DNA from: Rhynchobatus australiae
Taxonomy: Eukaryota
Length of the DNA: 64,000 nt
NCBI GenBank assembly: GCA_034780895.1
Contig: JAUZTB010000087.1
Span: 23,733,942 to 23,797,941 of the forward strand
Reading direction: 5' to 3'
Below the pieces are notes generated by a model that was not told the origin of the DNA, did not search any database, and worked only from the letters and a program-made list of their open reading frames with translations. A program made the position numbers and the translations under genes. Below, piece by piece: positions 50,668 through 64,000 of this stretch (positions are counted from its first letter, which is position 1; the number at the start of each line of letters is the position of its first letter).

Positions 50668-51255
50668 AGAATATAGAACAGGACAAATATCTGTGCTGAC
50701 CATGATGCCAATTTTAACTAATCCTATCTGCCTGCACATGGTCTGTATCCCTCCATTCCCTGCCTGTTCATCTACCTACCTAAATGCCTCTTAAGCTTTA
50801 CTATCATATCCGCTTCCACCACTTCCCCTAGCAGTATGTTCCAGGCACCTACTGCTCTCTGTGTGAGAAACCAGCCTTGTAGATCTCCTCCTTTAAACTT
50901 TCTCCTCACCTTAAGCCATGTCCACTAGTAATTGACATTTCCACCCTGGGAAAAGGATTCTGTCTACCTTGTCTGTGTCCCTCATAATCTTATATACTTC
51001 TAGCTGGTCACCTTCAGCCTCCAAAACTCCAGAGAAAACTATCCATCCTCTCTTTATAGCTAATACTCTCTAATCCAGGCAACATCCTGGTGAACCTCTT
51101 CTGCACCCTCTCCAAAGCCTCCACATCCTTCCTATAATACAGCATCCAAAGTCACACACAATATTCCAAATGTGGCTGAACCAAAGATTTAAAGAACTGC
51201 AACATGACCTCCTGCCATTTATACTCAACACCCTGACCAATTAAGGTAAGCATAC
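50668..51255 (-). mobile_element. CR1 3' fragment
   Basis: Reverse of ERVQKRFTRMLPG (CCAGGCAACATCCTGGTGAACCTCTTCTGCACCCTCTCC) and a CR1 tail. Confidence 0.85.
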
Positions 51256-54199
51256 AAGTATTCCATGTAACAAAAATTTTACAGTGCAAAACTAGTTAAA
51301 TCAATCAATGCCATGCTTGTGCTACTATGATACTTGCTGTATTCTAATACACTTCAATACTCTGCTGTACTCAAAACACTATGTTATACAGTACTAAGCA
51401 TTCAATTTCATACTGAATAAACTGTTTGTTTGCAGTTTCTCACGCTAAGTAGCATTCTGCCAAGATCAAAAATAACACTTCATTATGCGTCTTGATCACT
51501 ATCTGCCTCATTCACAATGTTGGGAAATAGCTCACTTAACAATGGAAAACAGTACACATGAAGCAATTTGCTACAGAGCTCAAATTCTTAAACTTCTGAA
51601 CCTGAATTGAAAACAATGTTACCATTAAAATATCCTTTCACAATGATTTCTGGTTAAATTATTCAAGCCAATGGAAGAAAGTATTTGGGGCCAACTGAAA
51701 TAAAAGGTGATATTGTTTTTGCTGCTCTATTATCAACTGTTCAATTTCTGTGACTTGTGTTAAGCTCCGAGTTACACTTCATAAAGCAGCATGTAGCCTT
51801 AAAAGCCAAACACTAAAACGGAGGAATTTTAAGACACTGAGGAAAATGAAGAGACTGAACTCAGCTCATGGACAATGGGATGCCAGTTAAGGACCATTCT
51901 CAATTGAACAGCACCTTTATGGTGGCACATTAATTAAGTTAAATATACTTACGATAGCCTTGTTAAATAGGTATGGCAAGTTAACACTTGTTTCAAATCC
52001 CATACTTTTCATCTCACACGAATCATCACCAATTAAAATTTCATATTCCAGTAAGGAAGAATTTAAATGACTCATTCAACAACAGGGACACCCAAACACG
52101 CTCAATACCTTCATTAAATCAATGAATGTACTATTGCCTCTTAACGTTTTTGAATGGCTGTGACTAAAGCATAGAAACACATCCACATTTGCAAGTCTCA
52201 AAACTTGTTTGAAAATTCATTGTTGAGGAGCTCAGTTTGATCAATAATGCATAAACAAGACATTTGAGAAATACATCTCAGGCGCTTGAGACTTGAGAAC
52301 TGAGGTGCCAGTTGGTAAAAGGGTGTACACAGCAGTACTGCTGCAGTTTCACCAAGTAGAAGTGTGAGACTTATAGCATACAGCATGGAGCAAGATCCTT
52401 GTCCAAGCAAAATTACCATCTCTGCCAGGGTGCAACATTTTCAGAACAAAGTGGTAAGAATCCTGAAGACCATGACCAAAAATACGGTCCCAAAATCTTC
52501 CAGCATACCACATCATCAAACTGCAAAAATTTAGAAATGAAAACAATATTTTCACTAACATTCACCAACGTTCCTTTAAGATAAATAATATAAACCATCA
52601 AAGTGATGATTCTAGGCAATAATCCAATTCCAGGATTCAGCCAAATAAACCACAAGAGCTTAGCTCACAGAACTGCTGACATCATCTGTACTCTTCGTGC
52701 AATTCATAAGCAGTGATAATAGCATCCTTAAACACTCATTTCCCAGCTCCTGGTGAATTACGAAGGCGTCTTCCTCTCTATAATTATCATGATACTGGGT
52801 TTCCTTTTGTGTAAGCCACTACTGTCTGTCCACGAAACCTTGAATAATTCTGTTCCTCAAGTTATATATTCTATCATTCTGCCCTAAATCAAACTTGAAA
52901 TCTATCAGGATAGTTGGAATAGTAGATTGCCATAACGTAACAACAACATTTATATAGCACTTTCAATGTAAACATGTCCAAGAGCACCTGGCAGATAGAG
53001 TTCAGAAAACATGACTTCTCTGGAAGGAAAATACTATAACAAATTTTGAGCTTTCTAAGTGGAATTCAGCAAAAGATGTGATTGTGATCGAGTGTGCAGA
53101 GGAGATTCACTTCGATGTTACCTAGATTGGAGGCCTTCAGTCATGGGGAGAGATTGGAATGATAGACTGGGCTCATTTTCCCTGGAGAGCTGGAGGCTAA
53201 GGGCTGACCTGATATAAGTATATAAGATTATGAAAGGCATGGATACAATAGATAGTCAAAATCTTTTACCCATGANNNNNNNNNNNNNNNNNNNNNNNNN
53301 NNNNNNNNNNNNNNNNNNNNNNNNNNNNNNNNNNNNNNNNNNNNNNNNNNNNNNNNNNNNNNNNNNNNNNNNNNNNNNNNNNNNNNNNNNNNNNNNNNNN
53401 NNNNNNNNNNNNNNNNNNNNNNNNNNNNNNNNNNNNNNNNNNNNNNNNNNNNNNNNNNNNNNNNNNNNNNNNNNNNNNNNNNNNNNNNNNNNNNNNNNNN
53501 NNNNNNNNNNNNNNNNNNNNNNNNNNNNNNNNNNNNNNNNNNNNNNNNNNNNNNNNNNNNNNNNNNNNNNNNNNNNNNNNNNNNNNNNNNNNNNNNNNNN
53601 NNNNNNNNNNNNNNNNNNNNNNNNNNNNNNNNNNNNNNNNNNNNNNNNNNNNNNNNNNNNNNNNNNNNNNNNNNNNNNNNNNNNNNNNNNNNNNNGTGCT
53701 TGTATATTTCCCACTCCCTTTAAACTCACAGGGTTCTCTGGAACATTTAGAACACTACTGTCTAACATGAAAAAAAAATGGAAATAAAGATGTATTGAGG
53801 TCTTAGCAGGAATAAGATCCAAAAGTCTGGAAAATTGACTCGTCCGGCACCACCAAAGTCCCAAAGATGCTGGATTATTGGAGTTTTACAATCTTGCCAG
53901 AATAAGGGACTGAAGGTTCTTGCTGGAATTCCATCTGCGCGAGATTCTTGTAACCTGTAACTTCAAGGTATTGTATTGTGTTTCACATTCCAACATTCAA
54001 GGCTGCTTTGAGTGTGAGCATTAGCTGTTCGCTGGGGACTACTCACATGTTTCCTCTCGGAGGCTCTCAGTGACTTTGCCGTGTAATACAACAGAAGTGA
54101 TCCAGAGAGAATGATCCAGTAGCGAGTCCATGACGACAACTGAGAGGAAATAAAAGGTTCTTCAATGTTAAACCAAACACCTTGAGCCCTGGCTGACGG

Positions 54200-54580
54200 T
54201 GTGTAGGTTGGACCGCAGCCATCTCCCCTCCCTCCGCAGTTCCCATCTCCCCACCCCACCTCCCTTCCATCTTCCACCTTCCTGTCCAATCAGATTCCAT
54301 CTTCTGTGGCCCTTTGTTGCCTCCTCCTATCAGCTCCCAGCTCTCGCTATTTCTGCTCCCCCCTCCTCCATCTGCCTGTCACCCCTCCTCACCTGGATCC
54401 ACCTATCGCCTGCCAGCTCTTGTTCCACCCCTTCCCCTATTTATACTGGCTATCTCCACTCTTTCTTTCAGTCCAGATGGTCTCGACCCAAAACTTTGAC
54501 TGTCCATTTCCCTCCACAGATACTACCTGACCCGTTGAGTTCCTCCATCATCTTGTATGTTGCTCCAGATTCTAGTATCC
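54200..54580 (+). mobile_element. Penelope-like (PLE-derived) terminal repeat fragment with decayed hammerhead motif
   Basis: Pyrimidine-rich body, then CAGTC-CAGATG-GTCTCGACCC-AAAAC-TTT-GACTG...CACAGATACTACCTGACCCGTTGAGTTCCTCCA. Related short copies at ~10512, 17050 (-), 19130 and 33680. Family assignment is by recall. Confidence 0.55.
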
Positions 54581-55129
54581 CTCTTGTGTCTACATATTTA
54601 ACCCCCTGCATCTCTGTGGAGTCTCTCTCACTTGCTGGAGGGTCCCACCCTGGATGCCCGATAGGTGGGATTCTCCCTGTGCCGTCAGTGAGAGGAATCT
54701 CCCCATGACCCTCAATGATCATCGGAATTTAAGGTGTACGAGGAGACCATTCATGCTGGCATAAAGGGGCTACCTGGTACTATCCCACCTCCTAACTCTC
54801 AGTCTGTAATCTTGTAGGTCACACACCAAGTGCCCATCTGAGCACCATCAATGCAAATGGGGGGCTTCTGCTTCTACCAACCTTTAACACAAAGAGTTTC
54901 AAACCCTCACTGTCCAAAAGAAAAAAAAGTCCTTAAACTTATTGCCCGCTGCCAGATCTTTACCCATTTGCTGAAGGAAATGGTTCCTTCCCATCTACTC
55001 TTTCCAGGCCTCTCAATATTTCAACTACATCTTCCCATTAGAACAAAGCTGGGCTGGATAATGTAAACCACCTGATTTAAAATGGTCCATCAACCCAACA
55101 GAACCTCAACCTGTCAGGTATTCATTCTC

Positions 55130-55870
55130 ATAAGAAAACATGGAACAGTACGGCAAAGGAACAGGCCCTTCAGCCCATGACGTCTGTACTGATCATGATG
55201 CCAAATGAAGCTAATCTCACCTGCCTGCACATGATGCATATCCCTCCAATCCTTTCATGTTCAGGTGTCTGTATAAATGCATCTTAACCTGCCCCGCACA
55301 TCTCCCTCAAACTTTCCCTTCTCACCTAAAGCTATGCTCTCCAGTATTTGACATTTCTACCCTGGCAAAGAGACTCTGGCTGTCTACCCTATCTATGCCT
55401 CTCATAATTTTATAAACTTCTAACGGGTCTCCGACTCTCCAGAGTAAGCAATCCAAGACTCTCCTTATGGCTAATACTCTCTAATCCAGGCAACATCCTG
55501 GTGAACCTCTTCTGCACCCTCTCCAAAGCCTCCACATCCTTCCTGTAATGTGATAACCAGAACTGCACACAATACTCCAGTGTGCCCTAAGCAAAGTTTT
55601 ATACAGCTGCAACATGACTTCCCAACTTTTATACTCAACACCCCAACCTGTGAAGGCAAGTATGCTGTATGCCTTCTTTACCACAATATCTACTTGTGTT
55701 GCCACTTCAGGGAGCTATGGACTTAGCTCCCTCTGTACACCAATGCTTCTAAGGGTCCTGCCATTTTACTGTATGCTTTCCTCTTGCATTTGACCTAACA
55801 ATCTTCTCCAATACTTTCCCTACCACTGATATACAGTAAGGCTCATGATCCTATAATTTCCAGGTTTGCC
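55130..55870 (-). mobile_element. CR1 3' fragment with internal deletion
   Basis: ORF 55481-55705 (VVKKAYSILAF..GVEYKSWEVMLQLYKTL); same family as 50668-51255. Confidence 0.85.
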
Positions 55871-57999
55871 TCAATTCCCATAATCCAGATGAGATAAAAA
55901 CATCGTAAATCTATTTGCCACTAAACTGGAGCATTTATCCAAAATAAAATTCTGCCCTTAGGTGAATGTAATAGTTATTGGCTGCCACAGCCAACTGTGT
56001 GAGCTGGTTGCCAGCTGGCCCATCTCCACGAAGCAATATGTCACACAGATGGCATGATTAATACAGATTAATTAGGCTGCAGTGAATCTGTAAATGTTGG
56101 CTTTGATGCTTGGATACCAAACACAAAATACAAATTTTATTTGGTCATTACCTAATGACCTTTATGTCAACACTTCTGTGTATTATGAAACTGCAGTACT
56201 TGTTCCACTACCCAGATCAATAGGAATGTGTTCAGACAATTCAGTGAAACTTTATTTTGATAATTTATTTTATTTTCCTCTTGCAATTTTTCTCCCTTTA
56301 CTTCTTGAAGATGGAAGATTTGTGTTGGTGGATAGATTCATGGATACTGCTTTAGAATGCTAACTCACCAACATACCCACTTTACAGGAGTACCTGCATT
56401 TAATCTGAATGAGAAATGTGTCATCACCTGGTCTGATCATTCATGTACTCTATTTCCACACAAGGGGACCTATGCAGAAATCCCCATTAAGATCAATTGC
56501 CTTTGCTGCTCTGGGTTTGAGAAAGAAATACATTTCAATGGAGAAAACATCTTGTCAGTGTGGCTTGGTAACACTGCAATCACCACTTCTATCAGTTTGT
56601 TTTTGTTTTGTTTTTGCAATTATTTATTTGCCTCTGATTGAAATGCAGCAACACCCATAATCTGAACCATGCACCTAAGTAATTTGCTGTAAAACATTTA
56701 TTTTCAATACAATGCTGGATACAGTATGATGTCAAGTTTCCACTAGTTGCAAAGAATATTGAGAATTTCCAAATACAAGTTATATCAAGTGCATATTATG
56801 TTTGTAATATTGAATGTACTGGTTTAAGAGTCATTAATGTGATAAAAATGTGGCCTTACCCCCAGCTTGAATGAGTTCACCAGTTACCCTGATTGTGGTC
56901 TTTGAGGGGTCTCTTAAAAATATATACTATTACCTTATTAGGTAAAATATGGGAACTACAAGCTTATATCAGTAAGACTAGTAAATCCTTCTAAAGTTAT
57001 TTTCAGTTATTTAAAATTAGTCTGGTCAGTTTGGTGTAAGTGATGGAAATGTTTCAGGAATATTTTAATGCAAGGTGGAAATACTAATCAATACTACTCT
57101 AAAATGCTGCCTGATTGTATTGGATGTTGCAAGATTTGTGGTTTTGCAAATGGTATAAATGGAAACTCTAACTGTAACTTTGGAACACCAATGGAATTTG
57201 CTCTCAACTGAACCATTGCTTCCAAAGCAGAAACTATATAGCACTAAGGGGTTAAATGTGTTTCCAACTTGTTCCTAGGGAGCGACAAAATCAAAGCTTT
57301 AGCTGAGACCATAATAAGAATCTGCTAAGGTCCTCGAGCCTATTGTAGCAAGATGAATTGCTATTTATGAAGTAACTAACAGCTGTATTAGAGATAGATT
57401 CCTAGAATAGCACTAGAATAGAATCTTGTGTAAGGGAAAAGCAAATGCCTGTATTTTTATTTGTATCTAGTCATTGCAGGTCTGTTGCCCAGGATAAGCA
57501 AGACCTGGTCTAGGTAAGGTGCCCGAGATTCCAACCACTGACTTCACTTTGATGATATTATATCTAAAAAGATCCAGTAGCCCAAAAAATCAGCTATCTT
57601 TTCCTGATTTTTTTTCAGTATAGTTCTCTGTAGGCTTGAGAGTGAGAACATTTAGAAAATTCTGGAAAAAGTTGCTGTGATGATATTTTGCATAATCCAT
57701 GAACTCTTTGTGTCACCCAATTTCTTGATTGTCTCTCAAGTGCTTCAATGCATACAACTTGCAAAACTATTATAATATTTTGAGACAAAAACTAATAGAT
57801 GTCCAGCTATTCTGGCAACTATTCAGCATTTTCCATTTTATTTCATCAATCTTTTCTCCATGTTGATCCACTAGAAACTCAGCATCATGTTCAGACAAAT
57901 GCCTATCCCTTTAAATTACTAACTGGATCTGCTAGCAATGAAACAGCACAGGAAGGTTTTCCTCTTCATGTGCTCGATTTTCTGGTCATTTATCCATCC

Positions 58000-58345
58000 T
58001 GGTTGTAAGAGAGGTTGTCCTATCCTAATTGGTTTGCTCTTGGGCCTGGCCAAGGGGGACGTTCACGGGTCTAGCTGGTGGGCATTCGAGTTCTGCCCGA
58101 GCTGATTGTCTGCTCCTCTTCCAGGGTTATGTCCATGCCCGTGTGTCCCTGGAGAAGGAGCACGCTGTATCCAGGGGTACAATGGGGGATTTCCAGGACT
58201 GGTGGGTGCCACAGGGGCTCAAATGCATTCTGGATAGCAATGACCGTGTTATGATTTGAAGCTGTAAATACTGTGAATTTTGGAATACTGTAGTATTGTA
58301 ATAATGTGATGCTGTAATCACTGAATAAACCTCCTCTGGAAAAAC
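58000..58345 (+). mobile_element. Tx1-like non-LTR element 3' end
   Basis: LLLGLAKG then ARADCLLLFQGYVHARVSLEKEHAVSRGTMGDFQDWWVPQG*, followed by AATAAA and an A-rich end. Confidence 0.7.
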
Positions 58346-60427
58346 AAGGGAGGTTATCCCAGAATTAAAATTAAAAATATTACTGCGTGTTGACCAACTG
58401 TAAAGATATTTTGGATTTAAACTATTTATTCCAGTGAACTGACAAGATCACTAAAGACAGATCTTCTTACATAAGTAGAATTCGTGGAACAAAGGGAAAG
58501 AATTTGAGGAGAAAGTGATTGTTGATAGAAATGGAGACATGAAAATATTGGAAAGATATTTAAGTTGTTTTGTTGAAAGAAACAAACCATAAATCATGAA
58601 GCTGACATTTTTGCTGTCTGTAAACCATCATTACACCAGGATTCTGACCAGAAGCTGGAAGCTTTCTTAATAATTTACAGTGCCTCTCCACGAAAGGTCT
58701 TATGGGGAGATTCTTGTGATATGGGGACACTTTGGTCCATTTATTTGACTCTGAGAAAACATCTGCAAACTGGCAAGAATTAAGTCCCAGAGGGAAAATG
58801 TCTAAACATTATATTCAGTGCTGTTTAAAATTTAAATCAAAACCAAAAATACATCTAATTTGCATTATATAATTAATGTGCTGCATAGCATTTCTGCTCA
58901 CTGTTACATGCAGTGAAATAAAATCTCATTCTGGATTTCAAAGATTATACAAAGAGGAAAATTATTTCTGAAGGTACAAATCTTTTTGTTTTTATTTCTA
59001 AACATTTACAAAGCAAGTCTTCCATTTTAGTTGAATTATGCAGGGTTTGCACAACGCAGAATACTATAGTTAGTTTATTTTTATAGCTACCATCGTACAC
59101 ACTTAGATCTTCAAGTTTAGGTTTGACAATAGCCAATTGTTGTACCCAAGTCCACATACCTGTCTGTAAAGTTAAACAAGCACATCTAACTTTAAATTAG
59201 TGCAATAATAGTGACTAAATAGCAGCTTTGACTTGAAAGACATAAATCCTTTGGATATGTGGTGCAGAGAGTCCCCTGTTAAGGGTTACAACTTTTTTTC
59301 CAATTCCAAGCATCGTATCACGTCTTTGAACTACTTCAGTGATCATTGGCACAGCCTGTTATCCACTTGCACACAAGTGCAAAACCAATTATTAAACATG
59401 ACCTGCACTTCCATGCCTGATTAGTGCACAGTGTGAAATTCAATTACTGACACATCCATTCCTCAACTCCCAGTGATAGGCCACTTGATTCAGATCCACA
59501 ACTTGAAACAGCCATTCCCATTAAGGATTCTGCCATGGTGGGAGATCAAGCAGGTAAGTTTGTGGCTCCAATATAATTCCTGCAATTACAGGCAGATAGT
59601 GTGCATTGTGCGTAACTTGGCTGAGTGCCCAAGAACCATGCTGTTCAACTCCCTGTATGTCAGTGTGTAAGAAAATCATTTGCCCACAGTCCTGGCATAA
59701 GCTACCACAGTTTTCCTGCATGGCACCAGTTAAGCTGGCATTTCTTTGTTCATTGATTTGGTAGTTAGAGAATTGCTATGAAGTGCACTAATATAAATAT
59801 CTCACTGGGGACAGGATTGAACTCAGCTGAGAGGTCCTCCAAAATTGAATTGCCTGCTGAGAACATCTTGCAGACACGAAGGAAGAAAGACCATTTCCAT
59901 TTCATGGTCATCGATAGCTCTCTCAGTGTATGTTAATAGCTCTGGAGGGGAGGGGTGGAATGTGGAGAAGGTGTAGTGGAGGCCACTCCTCTTCGCCCAC
60001 CTTCCCTTCCCCCACCCGTACTGAGCTAAATTCCTGCTGTAAAATATTTCCCAGCTCGGTACTTACCTCTTTGTAAACGTTTAATTGGTGAACCTTGACC
60101 TGTTTCTCGTGACTGGCTTAATTCAGAAATGTAGAAGTCTTCTCGCCAATCCACTAAATCAATTAGGTTGGGAAAGAGTAAAATTAGAAATAATGAAATT
60201 AAAATAACTTTCCCAGCTTTCCAATAGCTTAAGTGTGAGGTTTAATATCTTGTCAATTCCCTTTTCACCGCTGCTATTCTTCCTGTGGAACATAAACAGT
60301 TACTGAGATAAAGTTACTTGATGGGAGGCACCTTCCGATACTTGACCTAAGAGGCCATTCTTCATGTTTTGATTTCAAACAATGACTGAATATATGTGGA
60401 AGTGGGGGGATGTTGCTTGTAAGCTCA

Positions 60428-60890
60428 TAGCAGCATAGAATTATTAGTGAAAAGAAGGTGGTTATTTGCTCGATCAAGTCATTGGGGGCCCATGGAACAA
60501 TCAACCTAATTGGTTCCATTCCCCTGCTCTTTCTCTGTTGCTTTTCAAATCATTTTTGTTCAGGTGCCTGTCCAATTCCATTTTGAAAGTTGTGATTGAC
60601 TGTTTCTCCACTTATACAAGCAGTGAGTTCAAGGTCATAACTATTCTTGACATAAGGAACTGTTTTCGTGGAGTTCTCTGCCCCAGTGAGTGGTGGAAGC
60701 TGGATCATTAGAAGTATTTAAAGTGGGGGTGGATAAATATTCGATAGATTGAAGAACAGACAAACATAGACAAATGGCACAGAAGAGGAGTTGAGGACAG
60801 TGTAGATCAGCTATGATCATATTGAATGGTGAGGCAGGCTTGAATGGCCTGATGGCCTACTTCTGGCCTAATATTTTTCCTATGATATTT
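60428..60890. mobile_element. Two short CR1 3' ends back to back (- 60428-60660, + 60680-60890)
   Basis: Reverse tail with AGAAGGTGGTTATTTGCTCGATCAAGTC; forward tail AGATCAGCTATGATCATATTGAATGG...ATGGCCTACTTCTG. Confidence 0.6.
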
Positions 60891-61964
60891 CCATTGAAGG
60901 AAGTCTGAATAACTGAGGCTTAGGAATAAAATCTTCATTTACAGAATGTGGCTGTCACTATGGAGCTGGAGATGTTGGAGTGAGAAGATGTGGGAGTGAG
61001 ATGTTAGAGCCGCAGGAGAATTAAATGCTCATTTTCAAAGGCCCTCTGGATAGTTTAGGAAAAGCAAGGAAGATCCAGGAAGAGACAAAATTAATATTTT
61101 GGTTTGGATGACATGCAGCACTCAGTAAGAAACTATAGTGGTTGCAAAGGATGCTATTTTCGTACAAGCAGAATTTGGGGAACAAACAGGAGTAAAAGCA
61201 GAATAGGTTTGAAGGAGTCAAAGAGACAAAGCAAGATCCCAATGTCATTTCTGATTGGAAAGGGAAACAGAGAAAGAGAATTACTAATCAGACTAGAAGT
61301 TTTTATCTTGTTCAGGGCATGTTCCAACCACTGACTTGACAAGTCAAAGGGTGAGTTCTGCTGCTAGTGTGGAGGTGAGGTACTTTGAGATGTATTACAC
61401 CTCTATTCCAGAACCGGCTGAGGTAGAATAACATCTCACGTCATCTGGAGCTCACGTGGTCTGAATCTCGTTCCGCTGCCACGGAGACCACACTTATGAA
61501 AACAGGTCTAAAATGAGTAACCCTGGCCAAGCAGCTGGTTGAATGGTGAGCAGGTTGCTTATGTTTTGACTAGTCTTTCAATTGAATGAAAACTCGGAAC
61601 GCTCAGTGGAGGAGAACACATCCACCACCACATTTCTCAGGCACTCATTTCATATCTAATACCAATCAAAGATTTGCGGCAGTTCCTTGCACCTGAGATG
61701 TCACTTGCAGATCCTAAATTAGGGGGTTCAGTCAAAACCAGAGCAGCACATGCGAATGAAACGTATCTTTCATCAATCAAATCTACCAGAGCACATGGCA
61801 GAGTTAATAATAGTTTGACATATGACTATGCTCTCCAGTCGACATAGGAGAACCTTCCCATAGAATGCAAAGCAAATTCAGGAGAATCTGTAATAAATGT
61901 TATACAAAGAGGAACCTAAATAAGGCAAATGGTATTTCTCACTTCCCAATGTATATTCAGATGA

Positions 61965-64000
61965 TTATAGAACATAGAACACTACAGCACAGTACAGGCC
62001 CTTCAGCCACAATGTTGTACTGACGTTTTATCCTGCTCTAATATCTATCTAACCCTTCCCTCCCACATAGCCCTCCATTTCTCTATTATTCATGTGGCTA
62101 TCTGAAAGTCTATAAATATCCCTAATGTATCAGCCCCCACAACCTGAGCCAGCAGTACGTTCCACTCTGTGTAAAAAAAAACTTGCCTCTGACATCCCTC
62201 TTATACCTTCCTCCAATCACCTTAAAATTATGCCCCTCATGTTAGCCTTTTTCACCCTGGGGAAAAAATCTCTGACTGTCCACTCGATCCATGCCCCTTA
62301 TCACCTTGTACACCTCTATCAACTCACCACTCATCCTCCTTTGCTCCAAAGAGAAAAGCCCTAGCTCACTCAACCTATCCTCATAAGACATGCTCTCCAA
62401 TCCAGGCAGCATCCTTGTAAATCTCCTCTGCACACTCTAAAGCTCCACATCCTTCCCATAATGAGGCAACCAGAACTGAACACAATATTCCAAGTGTTGT
62501 CTAACCAGAGTTTTATGGAGCTGCAACATTACCTCATGGCTCTTGAACTCAATACTCAGACTAATGAAAGCCAACACACCATATGCCTTCTTAACAACCC
62601 TGCAACCTGCATGGAAACCTTGAGGGATCTATGGACATGGACCCCAATTTCACCGTTCCTCCATACTGCTAAGAGTCCTGTCATTAACCTACTACTTGGC
62701 CTTCAAATTCGATCTTCCAAAGTGTATCACTTCACACTATTCTGGGTTGAACTCCACCTGCCACTTTTCAGCCCAGCTCTGCATCCTATCAATGTCCTGT
62801 TGTAACCTTCTATATTATCCACAACACCACCAACTTTTGTGTCATCTACAAACTTACCAACCCACCCTTCTACTTTCTCATCCAAGTCAGTTATAAAAAT
62901 CACAAAGAGCAGGGGTCCCAAAGCAGATCCCTGTGGACCACCACTAGTCACCGACCTCCAAGCAGAATACACTCCATCTGCAACCACCCTCTGTTTTCAA
63001 TGGGTGAGCCAATTCTGAATCCACACAGCTAAGTTTCCCTGGATCCCATGCCTCCTGACTTTTTGAATGAGCTTTCCATGAGGAACTTATCAAACACCTT
63101 ACTAAAATCCATGTACACCACATCCACTGCTCTACATTCATCAATGTGCTTTGTCACATCCTCAGAATTCATTCAGGCTCATGAGGCACAACCTGCCCCT
63201 CACAACACTATGCTGCTTCTCCCTAATCAGCCTAAGCTTCTCCAAATGCCCATAATTCTTGTGTCTAATAATCTTCTCCAGTAATTTGTCCACCACTGAA
63301 GTAAGACACATTGGTCTGTAATTCCCAGGGTTATCCCTACTCCCTTTCTTAAACAAAAGGAACAATATTTGCCATCCTCCAATCATCTGGCACTACTCCT
63401 GTGGCCAGTGAGGACACAAAGAGCATCGTCAAAGGTGCAGCAATCTCTTCCTTCGCTTCCTGTAATAATCTTGAATATATCCCATCTGGCCCTGGTGACT
63501 TATCTATCTCAATGTTTTTCAAAAGTTCCAGCATATCTTTCCTCACATCAACATGTCCTAGTATATCAGTCTGTCGTATGCCATCCTCAAACGTCAAGGT
63601 CTCTGTCTCTGGTGTATACTGAAGCAAAGTATTCATTAAGGACCTCCCCTACCACTTCCAACTCCTGGCACTTGTTTCCTCTTTTATCCCTGATCAGTCC
63701 TACCTTCACTCTCGTCATCCTCTTATTCTTCACATGTGTGGAAGACCTTGGGGTTTTCCTTGATCCTACTCACCAATGCCTCCTCATGCACTCTTCTAGC
63801 TATCACTGAAGTGAGACTGACTGGCCTATAATTCCCAGAGTTATCCCTACTCCCTTTCTTAAGTCCATTCTTAAGCTCCCTGCTGGCTACCTTGTAACTC
63901 TAGCTCTGTCTGATCCTTGCTTCCTAAATCTCAGATAAGCTCATTTCTTTCTCTTGAAAAGACATTCTATGTATCTTGTCAACCACTGTTCCTTCACTCT
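61965..64000 (-). mobile_element. CR1 LINE ORF2, about 2 kb 3' portion with RT
   Basis: Frameshifted pieces: [64 protein letters not shown] and QRRFTRMLPG; tail at 61965 is the reverse of (TTCTATG)n. Confidence 0.95.

Larger units (their letters stand above)
27651..64000 (+). other. TCF7: TCF7 intron 3 (continues beyond window)
   Basis: GT donor at 27651. No downstream TCF exon (SNKVPVVQ-like or HMG box) was recognised, although one could lie in an N gap. A long intron at this position is typical of TCF/LEF genes. Confidence 0.7.

Noticed and set aside
462-53864. Long ORFs containing X runs (e.g. 462-1238, 5025-5558, 35922-36390, 41018-41641, 46279-47151, 53230-53864)
   Set aside because: Their length comes from reading through N gaps; they are not evidence of genes.

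Overview
Vertebrate nuclear DNA from a gapped scaffold. The repeat families (V-SINE/HE1-type, SacSINE1/DeuSINE-like, abundant CR1) suggest an elasmobranch; this is inferred, not proven. The only host gene I can support is the 5' end of a TCF/LEF transcription factor, best matching TCF7 (TCF-1). It has three coding exons (27008-27202, 27331-27397, 27538-27650, + strand) encoding the beta-catenin-binding domain, followed by an intron that apparently runs past the window end (>36 kb). Candidate regulatory DNA includes a promoter with a TCF site and a PBX/MEIS decamer, an RBPJ/TCF/RUNX/ETS motif cluster about 7 kb upstream, and an intronic GATA palindrome next to a RUNX site. Much of the rest is transposon debris: CR1, Tx1/L1, RTE, Rex1/Babar, SINEs, Penelope-like tails with decayed hammerhead motifs, and a fossil Harbinger DNA transposon. 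I found no convincing wholly new biological system. The best leads are the Notch/Wnt/RUNX enhancer candidate, V-SINEs with swapped LINE tails, and a perfect 65-bp fold-back with a third inverted copy. All family assignments were made by eye without database searches, and TE boundaries are approximate.
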